A DNA stretch of 64,000 nucleotides from Macrostomum hystrix (Eukaryota; Animalia; Platyhelminthes): positions 3,844,001 to 3,908,000 of the forward strand of contig CATNEN010000034.1 of assembly GCA_950097015.1 (NCBI GenBank). The letters are read 5' to 3'. Both the position numbers and the translations under genes were made by a program. Positions within the stretch are counted from its first letter, which is position 1; each line of letters starts with the position of its first letter. Below are positions 1-12,212 of the stretch, piece by piece. Under the pieces are notes generated by a model. That model worked only from the letters and a program-made list of their open reading frames with translations, ran no database searches and had not been told where the DNA came from.

Positions 1-299
1 GAATGGAATGCACTGATCATGGAATGGAATGCACTGATCATGGAATGGAATGCACTGATCATGTAGTGGAATGCACTGTTCATGGAATGGAATGCAGTGA
101 TCATGGAGTGGAATGCACTGTTCATGGAATGGAATGCAGTGATCATGGAGTGGAATGCACTGTTCATGGAATGGAATGCACTGATCATGGAGTGGAATGC
201 ACTGTTCATGGAATGGAATGCACTGATCATGGAGTGGAATGCACTGTTCATGGAATGGAATTCATGGATCATGGAATGGAATGCACTGTTCATGGAATG
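1..299. repeat. 21-bp tandem repeat (ATGGAATGGAATGCACTGATC)n, truncated by window start
   Basis: About 14 near-identical units; the ORFs at 3..311 and 82..417 are its 7-aa translations. Confidence 0.97.
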
Positions 300-520
300 G
301 GTCTGGTTTAATGTAGATTTAACGCCGCTTAAGTCCAAAAAATCAAAAAACTCAACAAGCTCTTTGAAAGAGATCTATGGAAGTATCGTCTATGGCAAAA
401 AAGTAATACAAATCTAGAAAAATGCACATAATCGATTCTGGAAGAGCAATATTTCAGAAGACGAATATTTTAATGATCGAAAATTCTACAGATTTACGAG
501 TAATCTATTTGGTTCTACAG

Positions 521-3503
521 TGCTCATGGAGGACCTCGGGTCTTTTCAAGGAAACGATTCTGAAAAGTCCTCCAGCAGCAACTCGATGTCGCGATTGAGC
601 CAGATGTCAATTAGCAAGGATACGCACTGGCGTCGAGCTAGTGTCCGTTCCGCGATGTCATCGACTTCTCGGCCGGGCTCAATTTGCGACGGGTACAGTA
701 CGGGCAGCGAGTTCACTAATTGGACTACCGACCAACCAAGGCTTCGAGAATTCGGACTGGATTGCCTAGCACTGAGGAGTGTTAACTTCGGCTTCAAGCA
801 GCACACCTGGCTACAGTCTGTAGAGGAGGTTGGTGGCCTGGTTCGATTTCACAGTCAGCCGTTTGTCTGCGAGATTCTGCTGCAGCTTGACAAGTAAGAT
901 GGGTCAGGGGTGGATGGGTCAGGGGTAGATGGGTCAGGGGTGGATGTGTCAGGGGTGAATGGGTCAGGGGTGGATGGGTCACGGGTGGATAGGTCAGGGG
1001 TGGATGGGTCAGGGGTGGATGGGTCAGGGTGGATGGGTCAGGGGTGGATGTGTCAGGGGTGGATGGTTCAGGGGTGGATGGGTCAGGGGTGGATGGGTCA
1101 CGGGTGGATAGGTCAGGGGTGGATGGGTCAGGGGTGGATGTGTCAGGGGTGGATGGTTCAGGGGTGGATGGGTCAGGGGTGGATGAGTCAGGGGTGGATG
1201 GGTCAGGGGTGGATGGGTCAGGGGTGGATGGGTCAGGGGTGGATGAGTCAGGGGTGGATCGGTCAGGGGTGGATGGGTCAGGGGTGGATGGGTCAGGGGT
1301 GGATGGGTCAGGGGTGGATGAGTCAGGGGTGGATCGGTCAGGGGTGGATGGGTCAGAGATCGATTGCTCAGAAATTGTTGGGTTGTACTGATTTGGAGGG
1401 CTTATGGGGCTAATCCGGAATGCTCGAATTAAGCCAAAATCATATGCTGTAGGAGTTTAGCCACAGCTGATTGGACTCTGGGCCTAGTTCAGGGCTGCAG
1501 CCAATCCAGCTTCGTCGCCCAGTTCGAGGAGGCCTGCACCCTGGAGTCGTTCTCCCAGCCGCTGGCCGCTGGAACATTTCGCATGCTTAACGACAGCGAC
1601 GGCATCCAGTTCCCGTTTGCAACCCACACCAACTCGCTGCTTGAGGTGGACAAGAACACGGTGGTTGCTGACCAATGCCAGCTCCTGTCCTACAACTGCG
1701 TGTTCGCCCCGTACACTCAGGTGGACTTTTGAAGCTAGTTTGGCTTTAAGTACATATTTTGGTGCTAATATAGACGAGATTAGAGATTTAAGAATAATTT
1801 TGGACTATCGGCATACGTTTAGGAGAAATATGAAGACATTTTGTAGCAATGGGAAGAAATTTAGAAGAAATTAGGAGAAATTGGATGAAATTGGAAGAAA
1901 TGGGAAGAATTTAGGAAAAATGGGAAGAATTTAGGAGAAATGGGAAGAATTTAGGAGAAATGGGAAGAATTTAGGAGAAATGGGAAGAATTTAGGAGAAA
2001 TGGGAAGATTATAGAAGAAATGGGAAGATTATAGGAAAAATGGGAAGAATTTAGGAGAAATGGGAAGATTATACGAGAAATGGGAAGATTATAGGAGAAA
2101 TGGGAAGATTATATGAGAAATGGGAAGATTATAGGAGAAATGGGAAGATTATAGGAGAAATGGAAAGATTATAGGAGAAATGGGAAGAATTTAGGAGATA
2201 TGGGAAGAATTTAGGAGAAATGGGAAGAATTTAGTAGAAATGGGAAGAAATCAGGAGAAATGGGAAGAAATTAGGAGAAATGGGAATAATTTAGGAGATA
2301 TGGGAAGAATTTAGTAGAAATGGGAAGAAATTAGGAGAACTGGGAAGAGTAAAGGTAGAAATACATTTTTCGTAATGAAATGAAACGATAAAGGATTTTC
2401 ATTATTCGGAATAGTGCGAAGTCTATGGAAAGCAAATCGATCCTAGAAATTTGTTCAGATAAAAATGTTTTTTTAGACCGACGTTGCGCTGACGAGTCGC
2501 CAGCACTACCTGACCCACGTGAGCTTTCGGCAGAGCTGCACCACCTGGCTGGTTGCTGTGCGGCGCGGCGACCAAACGGAGCGTCACTATCACCAGCGCA
2601 TCAAGTACCTGACCTTCAATCCAACATGGGATCGCTTGTACTCACTCATGACTATGAGGTGGGATTGCGCTTTTGAGGTATGTCACTGGGAACGCTATTT
2701 TCATAGATGCCTCAAATTCCCTTCTCCGCTGTCTCCCATCAACCCATCTCAAATCCTTCTCTACGCTGTCTTCCATAATCCAAACTCAAATCCTCTTTCC
2801 GCTGTCTCCCATCATCCCAACTCAAATCCTTCTCTACGCTGTCTCCCATCATCCCAACTCAAATCCTTCTCTCCACTTTCTCCCATCATCCCAACTCAAA
2901 TCCTTCTCTCCACTTTCTCCCATCATCCCAACTCAAATCCTTCTCTCCACTTTTTCCCATCATCCCAACTCAAATCCTTCTCTCCACTTTCTCCCATCAT
3001 CCCAACTCAAATCCTTCTCTCCACTTTCTCCCATCATCCCAACTCAAATCCTTCTCTCCACTTTCTCCCATCATCCCAACTCAAATCGACCCCGAATCGA
3101 ACTGCATGGACTCCAGGCCGACTTAGACTATCGCCGTGGCGGAGAGACGGTCGTGAAATTCGACGAGAGCGGCTCCAACTTGCCGAGCATCTGCGAGCGA
3201 CCTCTGCCGGTGTTCCGCTCCGTGCTGCTTGGCCCCACACTGGCTGACACCCGTGCCACCATCTGCTACCCCGCCGATACCGGACAGCCGGCGCAGCTGC
3301 GGCAGCCGCCAAAGTACATCACGGTGCCCTGGGGCATTTGGCAGCGGCAAATGCAGCGAGAGAACTGCGGCTTGCTAGCCTACGGCAGCCAACAGAACTG
3401 GGAACCGCGCTTTTGGCCCATTCAACAGCCCAACAGTCTTATTGGGAATAATCCTGAGGTGGTGATTGATGTAGTTAAAACTACTGACAGCTCAAGCATG
3501 TAA
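521..3503 (+). CDS. FAM78: FAM78-family protein, last four exons (5' end probably upstream of the window)
   Basis: Phase-consistent GT-AG exons 521-893, 1453-1720, 2477-2677 and 3117-3503 (TAA). The spliced product contains WTLGLVQGCSQSSFVAQF, RMLNDSDGIQFPF, LTHVSFRQSCTTWLVAV and QPPKY. These match FAM78A/B motifs as I recall them (WVVGWIQACNQMEF, AISDSDGVSYPW, LTRIKRDQSFTTWLVAM, VIPPK). Confidence 0.8.
899..1355 (+). repeat. 15-bp G-rich tandem repeat (GGGTCAGGGGTGGAT)n in FAM78-like intron
   Basis: About 30 units, starting a few bp after the GTAAG donor at 894. Confidence 0.97.
1848..2350 (+). repeat. 20-bp purine-rich tandem repeat (AAATGGGAAGAATTTAGGAG)n in FAM78-like intron
   Basis: About 25 units, seen directly. 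Confidence 0.96.
2715..3086 (+). repeat. 37-bp pyrimidine-rich tandem repeat (TCTCCCATCATCCCAACTCAAATCCTTCTCTCCACTT)n in FAM78-like intron
   Basis: About 10 units filling most of intron 2678-3116. Confidence 0.95.
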
Positions 3504-3521
3504 CTCTGAGAATCTAGAAAC

Positions 3522-3885
3522 CAGATCGATAAATTCTTTCCTCTACTCCAACTGGATCGATAAATTCCTTCCTCTACTCCAACTGGATCGATAAATTCCT
3601 TCCTCTACTCCAACTGGATCGATAAATTCCTTCCTCTACTCCAACTGGATCGATAAAATCCTTCCTCTACTCCAACTAAATCGATAAATTCCTTCCTCTA
3701 CTCCAACTAAATCGATAAAATCCTTCCTCTACTCCAACTAAGTCGATAAATTCCTTCCTCTACTCCAACTGGATCGATAAATTCCTTCCTCTACTCCAAC
3801 TGGATCGATAAATTCCTTCCTCTACTCCAACTAAGTCGATAAATTCCTTCCTCTACCCAAACTAGATCGATAAATTCCTTCCTCT
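3522..3885 (+). repeat. 31-bp tandem repeat (ATCGATAAATTCCTTCCTCTACTCCAACTGG)n downstream of the FAM78-like stop
   Basis: About 12 units beginning ~20 bp after the TAA. Confidence 0.95.
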
Positions 3886-4453
3886 ACAAAAAATTCCTTC
3901 CTTACCTTTCCTTATAGCTTTTATTGATCACTTATACAAGTTACATGGTTACATAATAAATATTGTTCTTATGCATTGGTATATTATAGCTTATTTAATG
4001 ATTTTTTCATTTTTTAACTGTAATTCAAAATAAAAAGGGCATTTTCTTTGTTCTTCTTGAAGCATGTCTTGCTATGTTTTTGCTGTTTTTTTACTTATTA
4101 GAATTCTACTAAGAATATTGTGCTCAAATCACTGTAATATTAACTTCAATTTGATAGCACGTTTAGTGGTTAGCAAACCAATAGTAAAATGTATCTGATT
4201 TTAACGCATAGATGGGTCTTCTGAAAAACTGTTAAGAACAGCAGTAGTTGATTCTATTTTTAGACATATCTTGTGGAATCCCTCCTTTGCCACCAATACC
4301 CTAAGCACGTGACTTAAATGAGCCAATCAGATGAAACCTATGCATAGTCTTAGATTTTATATTACATAATTAATTCATGAAAATAGTTTAATCTTCATCA
4401 ACATCGACACCATCGCTGTATGTCAGCGATGTTAGAAGTCCCCTAAATTCCTG

Positions 4454-7400
4454 TCACTGGGCACTCTGCGCCCTGGCAACGTCAATCTTCCGCTTCAACT
4501 TGCTGCACTGCAGTGTGGCCTCCGAGTGCTGCATCTTCAACGACTCTAGCCGACTTCGCTTCTCAGTCACCAGGTCGGCGTTCTCCTCGAAGTTTCGCAG
4601 CAGGGCTTCGTTGCCAAGCAGGCCGCTGTTCTGCTTCAGCCGCTGATTGTCGTTGCGCAGAGCGTCTCGAGTCTGCTTGGTCCGAGTCAGCTGGTCCCGG
4701 CGCCTGGAAAGGGTCTGGTCCAGCTGGTCCAGCTGCTCGCACTGCTCCTGCTTCTTGCACTGCACGAACTGCAGCTTCTCCTTCAGGTGGGTCAGCACCT
4801 GGCAGAGGGACAGAGACAGGTGGTGGGCGTTTTACAGTAAATCCTTCTGTGGAGTCCTTCTGTGACTCTCTACCCAAATCCTTCTGTGACTCTCTACCCA
4901 AATCCTTCTGTGACTCTCTACCCAAATCCTTCTGTGATCCTCTACCCAAATCCTTCTGTAATCCTCTATCCAAATCCTCCTGTAATCCTTTACCCAAATC
5001 CTTCTGTAATCCTCTACCCAAATCCCTCTGTAATCCTCTACCCAAATCCCTCTGTAATCCTCTACCCCAATCCCTTTCTGTAATCCTCTACCCCAATCCC
5101 TTTCTGTAATCCTCTACCCCAATCCTTCTGTAATCCTTTACCCAAATCCCTCTGTAAGCATTTATTTTCCTTCTATGCGTCTCCCACCTGAACATTATTG
5201 TTAATCTTCTTCTTCAATTTGAGCAGCTCTTCCTGGCGCTCCTCAATTTTCTCATTGTAAGTCTGGTTCTCAATCTTCAGCTGCTCGAAGTCGATCATGT
5301 GCAGGCCCTCTGACAGCTCCTCCTTGGCTTTGAGCGATGTCTCGCACTTGCGCACTCGATTGCTCAGGCCGATGTTGTCTAGCCGGACTTTGGCCACCTG
5401 CGCGACGGAGCAGTCAAAATTGATAAATAAAGCTAAGCCAATATCCCTAGCGTGCTAATAACAGTGAGAATGCTAGCAAGATTTGTTAAGGACCACTAGG
5501 AAAGGACCAAGGCCATTTTTCTGAATCTAGCAACATTACTAGGGTCAACGTAAGCAGTAATAAATAAGTCATTGGGCTAGAGTCATTAAAAAAAGTTTTA
5601 GAATAATATCAAAACTTTAATCACTGATCAAAGAAAACAAAAAGCTATTTTCCGATCGATGTTTTAAAAACTAAAGCTTGAAAAAAATCGATTAAGCTAG
5701 GAATAAGGGAAATAATAGCAAAAGAAGAGCGTTAAATTAGCCTCAAAAAAGCACAGTCAGAAAAAAATGCTGATGAACTTTTTCTAAGAAACGGGGTTTT
5801 TTAGTTTCCCGTCCTTCTACTCCTAGTGGTACTTGACTCTTCGCATTGCTTGCTAAAATCCTCACGACCCCGTCACAATCTGGCAGAGGGCCTACCTTGT
5901 CCTCGAGTTCCGCCTCCTCCTGTAGCATGTCGTCCACGCTGGTGCTCAGCGGATCCTGCGACTTGCCGCCTCCGCCGACGCCACCGGCGGCCTCTGAACG
6001 CTTCTGCGTCACTGCTGGGAATGGCCGACCGTTTGTAACTGAAACAGCTTTGGATCCCACCTTCTTCTTGGCATCTAGCTGGCTCTGGAACAGCAGCCGC
6101 ACCTCCTCCTCGCGGCTCTGACACTCCAGCTCCAGTTCCTGAATTCTGTCGTCGAATTCCAGACGCTTGGCGTCGCGAGTCCGCCGCAGTTCGTCCAAGT
6201 TGAAGACGAATTTGGCGTATCGCTGCTCCTGATCCGTGATTGATTTCTCCGTCTCCTGGCTGGCCTCAGCCTGGCCACCCTGGTCGGCCTTCTTTCGTCG
6301 GAAATAATCGCTGAGTTTAGTCTGAAGCAGGCTGTTCTGGTGCAGCTTCTGCTCGCGCTCCTGCATGGCCTGTAAAAATGAGAAGATCGATTCAGGTGCA
6401 AACAGCGTGAGGCTATAAAAAGTATTCATAATTCTAGCAGGGTGGGGCAGTGAGCGCTGAGTAACCACTCAACCGAACACAGGCACACACTCACACAGGT
6501 TTGTCAATCTCATCGTCAGGTAGTGTGCTATAAAGTTACTTAGCGTAAATTGCACGAAAAGCCCCAAGTCTTCTCTCTGCGGAAGCGCAACAAATTAATG
6601 TTGCCTCGCCGTGGATTCGAGCTCAGGGAGCTTGGTGCGATTGTCGGATTCTCGCTTATTTCACTTAAAAGTTGTAAAAAAGGTAAAATAACTACCTGCT
6701 TATAGCTGGCGATCATGTGCTCACGATTAAACTCCTCTTCCTCGACTTCCTCCTCCTCATACTCTTCCTCTTCCTCCTCTTCGGCATCCTCGCCCTCTAC
6801 ACCGATCTCGTCGAAAGACGCGACGACTGCGTCTGGGGAAGTCGGTTCTGGGCGCTCGGCTTCTTCGTCAACTTCGTCAATACGATCTGCCCTCAGCCGC
6901 TCGTCAGCCGTTGGTGTCGGCTCTCGCGACAACTTCTCCGATGCTCTGGCTGGACTCTCAGTACGCTCGCCGTCGGCGAACGTTTCCGACATAGGCGGCT
7001 TTTCGCCATCGAGGCCTTCGCCAGCGCCTTCCTCAGCCACGCCTCCCTCCACTGTTGGCGCTTCACCGTCCGCCTCTTCGACAGCGTCTCCGGTGGCGGC
7101 AGCCTCTCCACCTTCGCCGCTTGCTGTTGCGCCACCCTCAGCTCCCTCTTCGCCTTCAACGGCGACCGGTGCTTCACCATCAGTGGCTTCCCCCTCCCCC
7201 TCAGCCTCGTCAGATTTCTGTTGATCAGCACCGTCGCCAGCGTCTCCTTCATCAGCAGCGGTCTCGCCATCAGCTTTTGTCTCTTCGTCTCCTGCAGCCG
7301 ATGCCTGACCTTCCTCTACTTCCTTCCCAGGAGCCTCATCGGCAGCTTCTGCATCATGAGTGGTCTCCACCAGCTGTTCGGAGGCAGTTTCAACTTCGCC

Positions 7401-8257
7401 ACCAGCATCTTCTGTGGTATCTTCATCGCCCCCAGCTGGCGCTTCATTTTCGATGGCCTGGTCATGCGGCGCGGCCGGTGCAGGATCCGCTTCTTCGGCT
7501 GCTGCAGCGTTTGGCGTCTATTATTTTACGAAAATAAGGGAAGAAAACTTTAACTCGCTGGATTATCAGTACTAAAGTCAGAATGTTTAAAATTGGAGCA
7601 TGAAACAGCACCTAATTTATATACTTAGAAATTTAAGAAGACACTATTTTAACGGGGGACAAAATTTCCTATAAATATTTGAATAAGTAGAACAGTAGAA
7701 ACAAATTCTCGGAGAAGCAATATAGCACAATGTAGTTTTTACTCGCATATACGAAGCAGTAACTTTGCCTATTTTCAAGTGACAGAGAAAGAGGTTTAAA
7801 GAAGACTTAGGATAAGAAGTTTTAAGATAAAATCAGTAATAAAGATTTTTTTATTTGAACAATTATAATTAAATATGGAGGTGCTAAAGGGACTTTAAAA
7901 AATACTTAATAATCTATAGAAAATCTGAGACTGTATGACATGGAGATCTGCTCGTGTTATTTAACATTTATTTAGAAATTATAAAATATGTTCTTTTAAT
8001 TTTTTTATAACCATTGGAATAAACCCTTTGTAAGAATTTTGGGCGAATACATAATACTGAACTGAGCAGGGCATCACAAAATACTTTTAGGACAAGAATC
8101 GGACCCATCGGTCTTATATTTCTGCTTAGTAACACTTTTGTAAGAATCGTAAAAAATAATTTGTAGGAATACACAAAGTGAAACAGAATAAAATTACCTC
8201 CGCTGAGTGGGCTGTCAGTTCATTTTGATCAAACGTAGCATCGGTCTCATCGGCCAT
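4454..8257 (-). CDS. CCDC96: Coiled-coil domain-containing protein 96 / CFAP184 (DUF4201), about 636 aa, 5 exons
   Basis: All-phase-0 GT-AG exons 8257-8198 (MADETDATFDQNELTAHSAE), 7517-6696, 6369-5896, 5397-5188 and 4798-4454. The C-terminus has VRLDNI...GLHMIDFEQLKIENQTYNEKIEERQEELLKLKKK...VLTHLKEKLQF...LTRTKQTRDALR...GLLGNEALLRNFE, the CCDC96 signature. Confidence 0.93.
4840..5157. repeat. 24-bp tandem repeat (CTTCTGTAATCCTCTACCCAAATC)n in CCDC96 intron 4
   Basis: About 13 units between exons 5188 and 4798. Confidence 0.95.
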
Positions 8258-9089
8258 TTTTAATCGACTTTTTTAATTAGGCATGAATGCTTCGAAAACA
8301 GGGAAGAAATTAGAACTTATTAAATTGTTCAAAATTTGTTAGTGACAAGAAAGCTTAAAATCGGTACACTTAAATATATATTTATTAAAAAAATAATGTT
8401 TTTTAAGACTAAGTTATTGTTCTGTGCCTACGAAACAAAAAGTTTTGTCTCATTAAATATAAAAGACACAATTTGTGTTTTACCTTTTTATAAACCCGTA
8501 ACTTAAATTATTTTAATTAGATGCATTTTTCATTAAAACAGGAGCTTTATAACTTAAAGTGAGACCTTTTTATCTGCGTCAATTAAAAAATTTTGAATAA
8601 CGTCTTGTGAATACAAGAATTTTAAAGAAGTCCTGAATATAATTCATATTATTTAGGCAGCTCGTCACAGTAAGCCTCTAAAGTGAAAATGTGCGGCACA
8701 GCCTGAAGTCAGTGACTAATTACGAAAATATGGATGCAATCATAAATGAAATCAACAGCCTGTAGAAATAAGTGTAAAATGCTTTTGGGTGAAATCGTTT
8801 TACACTACTCATGCTGCTGTCTGCCGCATCAAGATCTTAATTATATTGGTAAAAAATTCTGCTGAGAAACAACAACTTTATCGCGAAAAAAATGAGTTTC
8901 TTTTTTTACCAACTGACGGTAAAATATACGGCTTTGATTTACTAAATAACGATTTTAAACTTTTCCGCTTCTTTGCGAATTAAAATTTCAAAATCTTTAT
9001 TTCAAATACGCTGACGTTTGTCCTTCAAGCTAGCTACAACTAATTACTCATTGACTTCGCTCGTTTGTAAAAGATTTCGAACTGTAAGT
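8258..9089. promoter_or_regulatory. Putative bidirectional promoter (CCDC96 on -, GIGYF2-like on +) with a candidate non-coding first exon ending at a GTAAGT donor (9084)
   Basis: The genes are divergent. A consensus donor CT|GTAAGT lies at 9084, and a free acceptor (CCAG|AGG, 15491-15494) lies just upstream of the GIGYF ATG at 15529. Joining them is inference. Confidence 0.4.
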
Positions 9090-9622
9090 GCATTTCATAG
9101 TGCTTTTTGTTTAGAATTCTGATAATAAATACATAGACCTACTGTGTTTAACATTAGCTTTGTTATGTTTGACTTTACTTTGACTTTGACATTTTATTTT
9201 AATATGGTCATATGGATAACAAAGCCTGGACTTGCTAGCTTGCTCATATGTATATAGGTCTTTTTAGAACTTACAATTATTTTTTGGCCCTGTAGCTAGA
9301 GCCTCCAGTGAGAAATTAAAAAAAATTCCATATTTTTGCTTTTCTTGTGTTACAGATATTGCTTGTCTGAGTTAAAAGACACCTCACTCATCAAAATTGG
9401 TCAAGTAATAAAAAGTTCTAACAATTTTTGATCAACATTTTAGTTGTTTTTGTAATGTATTTTTCCCTTAAGGGGCTGTGAATCTGTGATCCAGATGACC
9501 GTATAGATTTGACTTGGAAAACATAAAAAATGCAATAACAATTTTATTTTTTAATGGATTTTTTAATTCCAAAAGCATAGGCCTATAGTTCATTTTTTGT
9601 TATCTACACTATGGAATATATA

Positions 9623-10220
9623 TGTAATAGGTCTATTTTTCTGCATTATAGCTGGTGATGGTTTTCTTTTTATTTTCTCGCGCTACAAAATTTTATTACA
9701 TATTTTATATACATATAGTATATTACATATTATAAATATTTTATATACTTTATATAGTTTAGTAAATATGCGTTATTAAAACAAAGTTGATAAATGCTAT
9801 ATAAGCATGAAGTTTGTCGTGGTGATAATACAACTCGCCAGTGAGCCAAGAAAGGCAATATCTGAGTAAAAAGATCTTTTTGAATAAAGCAAAACGTGTT
9901 GTGTTAGTTATTGAGGAAACACATTTAGTGCAAAACCGAGGATTGAGGTTGTGACCCTCTGATCCTGGAGAAACGCCCAGCAGAGACTGGAGAAGAAGAG
10001 ACCAGTGCCTTAGAGGGATAAACCGCTCGTGCCAGTGCAGAAGCGCTACCTAGGAGAATCGCGCAACGTAAGAGTTGTGGTGTTAAAACGGCCCTTTTCA
10101 GGGCCACCGAGTTAAAGACATACGGAGAACGTAAACAGTAGAGAAGGAGATAAAAGAATAGAAGAGGCCAAAAGATACGCTACCATTAGAGAGAAAAGTA
10201 GAGAGACAAGCCCTGTTACA
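9623..10220 (+). repeat. 5' LTR of element 1
   Basis: TG...CA ends; TATATAA at 9798-9804; AATAAA at 9883-9888. Confidence 0.95.
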
Positions 10221-10224
10221 ACTT

Positions 10225-10243
10225 TGGTGGCAGCGGAAAGGAT
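10225..10243 (+). promoter_or_regulatory. Primer-binding site TGGTGGCAGCGGAAAGGAT (tRNA-Leu-like)
   Basis: TGG start 4 nt after the LTR end; TGGTGGCAGCGG is complementary to a tRNA-Leu-type 3' end (...CCGCTGCCACCA). Confidence 0.85.
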
Positions 10244-10305
10244 CAGAGAAACGGCCTCAATCAAGAATAGAGTAGATTATTAAGAAGAACGAAGAATTCA
10301 TAGAG

Positions 10306-10617
10306 ATGTCGATTATTATGCTGATAATAGCGGTGCTGATGAATCAGCAGCCAGGTATCCCTCCACTATTTGGAAGTGGTGGAACACAGTCAATGTTCGG
10401 TAATCCGACAATGTCTGGAAACCAGGAAGAAAAGAAAAAGCCTATGGGAAGAGGCATGATTTCGATGCAGAATAAGCAAGATATGGAGTACATCACAGAG
10501 AGGAATGTACAAAAGTTTAGCGGATGTTTCTTCTGTGCTAAGCCAGGACCTGTGAGGCCAGATGGACATCAATGTCGCATCACCTTAAACTTCCTGAAGC
10601 CGAACATGCCGAAGTAA
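10306..10617 (+). pseudogene. Short ORF, probable gag remnant with a broken zinc knuckle
   Basis: Lies directly after the PBS; CFFCAKPGPVRPDGHQC resembles CX2CX4HX4C but lacks the correctly placed His. Confidence 0.45.
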
Positions 10618-10759
10618 GATAGTAGAGAAGGCACGGTACACCAGAGAAGTGTACTGAAGGTGTAAATTCGTGTAAATATGTGCTGTCTATAGTCGTCACA
10701 GTTGTCACAAGTTGCTAAAAAGTTCTGAAAAAAGAAACACAAAAATAGTGAGTCAAGGA

Positions 10760-11070
10760 TTTAATAAATGGGCACACGGCCGTAGAAATTATGTGCTCCA
10801 ATACCTACTCAGTAGAAAAAGGAGTAGTGTGCAAAGAAAATGTAGAAGTTATAAAAAAGAATCTGCCGATAGAAGAAAAAGTGTTAAAATGTTATAAGTC
10901 GGGCATGTGAAATTAATTATTAAGAAATCTCTGAATGAATTGTTAGTAGTTGGCTTGCTCCAATGAAGTACAGCAATTCTGAAGGGGAAGAGCAATGTAA
11001 CGTCACAATTTAACGAAGAGTGTGAAGAAATGAGGAGTGATTTCTCTCTGAAAGAGTTATTAGTAGCTGA
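10760..11070 (+). pseudogene. Highly decayed RT / RNase H connection remnant
   Basis: Frame-broken fragments (ENVEVIKKNLPIEEKV; TAILKGKSNVTSQFNEECEE...SLKELL) weakly echo the gypsy pattern KVEAIK.P...PLT.LLKK...W.EEC..AF..LK..L. Many stops. Confidence 0.35.
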
Positions 11071-12212
11071 CATGTTTCAGTGAATTAAGGTAACTCAGAA
11101 GGGGAGGTGAAGTTTTCGGAGTGTTCCTGGATTGAAGTCCAGAAGCCCAGAGAGTAGTAGACTCTGGGAAAGTCATTGACAAGTTGTGAAGTCATGACTA
11201 AGTGATCAGTTCCAAAAGGCTGAGAAGAAGGCGCAGTGCTGATCTGAGGGATCAGATGTAGAGCCAGTGTTGTGGAATTTTGTAGAGGCACAAAGGTTGC
11301 CTGAAGTGGCCTACCTGAAGAAAGACACACTGTGGCCTGATGATCAGATGAGGACTGTGTTGTGATGTGAACAGGCATGATTGTGGCCTGAAGTATATTT
11401 AAGAGAGGCAAATGAGGCCTAGAGAAATGAGAGGAGACTCGTGTGAAATTTGAGAAGGCACGTGGCCTAAAGATAATCAAATAAGAAATTATGTAAGCAG
11501 AGTTAATAGATTAGAGAAGGCAGATGAGTCAACAGGAATAAATTAGGAAATTGGATATTGCCCGCATGCCAGTTAAATTTAAGTGACAGATGGTCGATAA
11601 GTAAATATTAATGAGCACCTTCCTAGTTGTGAGAATTGATTAAAAGGAGCGAGGTGATGAAGAAGAATATGTGACAACTGTGCGACATATAGTGTAAATA
11701 GTTGTATAAACACGCTTTAAACGTTGTGAAATTAGTATTAAATGTTGTCTCTGAATATTTCTGTTGTATAAACTGAAAGAAAATAAGTTATGCGTGCTAC
11801 TGTGAGTAAACGTGGGAGCACACTTAAGCTAAATATCCTCGCCATTAGAAAGGGTGAGAGTGATGACGTAACCACTTTCCCATAAGGATCAGTGCTAATT
11901 AGTTTCTAATTGCGGATTAAAAGCATCAAAAAGCGATTATCTCATGAAATAATGAAGCTAGAAAAGTGATTCAAAATCAGCAATAATCTACGGAAAGAGA
12001 TCTTTAAAAAGACACCAACCTTATTAAGAAAGGTTGAGAATTGCTCATAAAATCGTAAGCCACAAAATCAAGGCTAAAAGTCAAGTGTCAAAAGTAAGAG
12101 GTGGGGCGCGAAAGACCTTTGAATAGGTCCAGTTTTTGGCCCCGGTGAGTATAAATAACGGATTAGTTGGACCCCTGGAGAGACATGTTTTGAACAAATA
12201 ACGCCATCGAAA

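Noticed and set aside
3-1413. Repetitive ORFs (MECTDHG, DGSGV, WMGQG)
   Set aside because: They are satellite translations, lying in an intron or upstream repeat.
6715-7553. Plus-strand ORFs over CCDC96 exon 2 (and similar antisense ORFs over GIGYF, Syt-like and Vav-like exons)
   Set aside because: They are shadow ORFs of GC-rich coding exons.
11085-11480. 131-aa antisense ORF inside element 1
   Set aside because: It has no recognisable features and is likely the complement of purine-rich decayed sequence.
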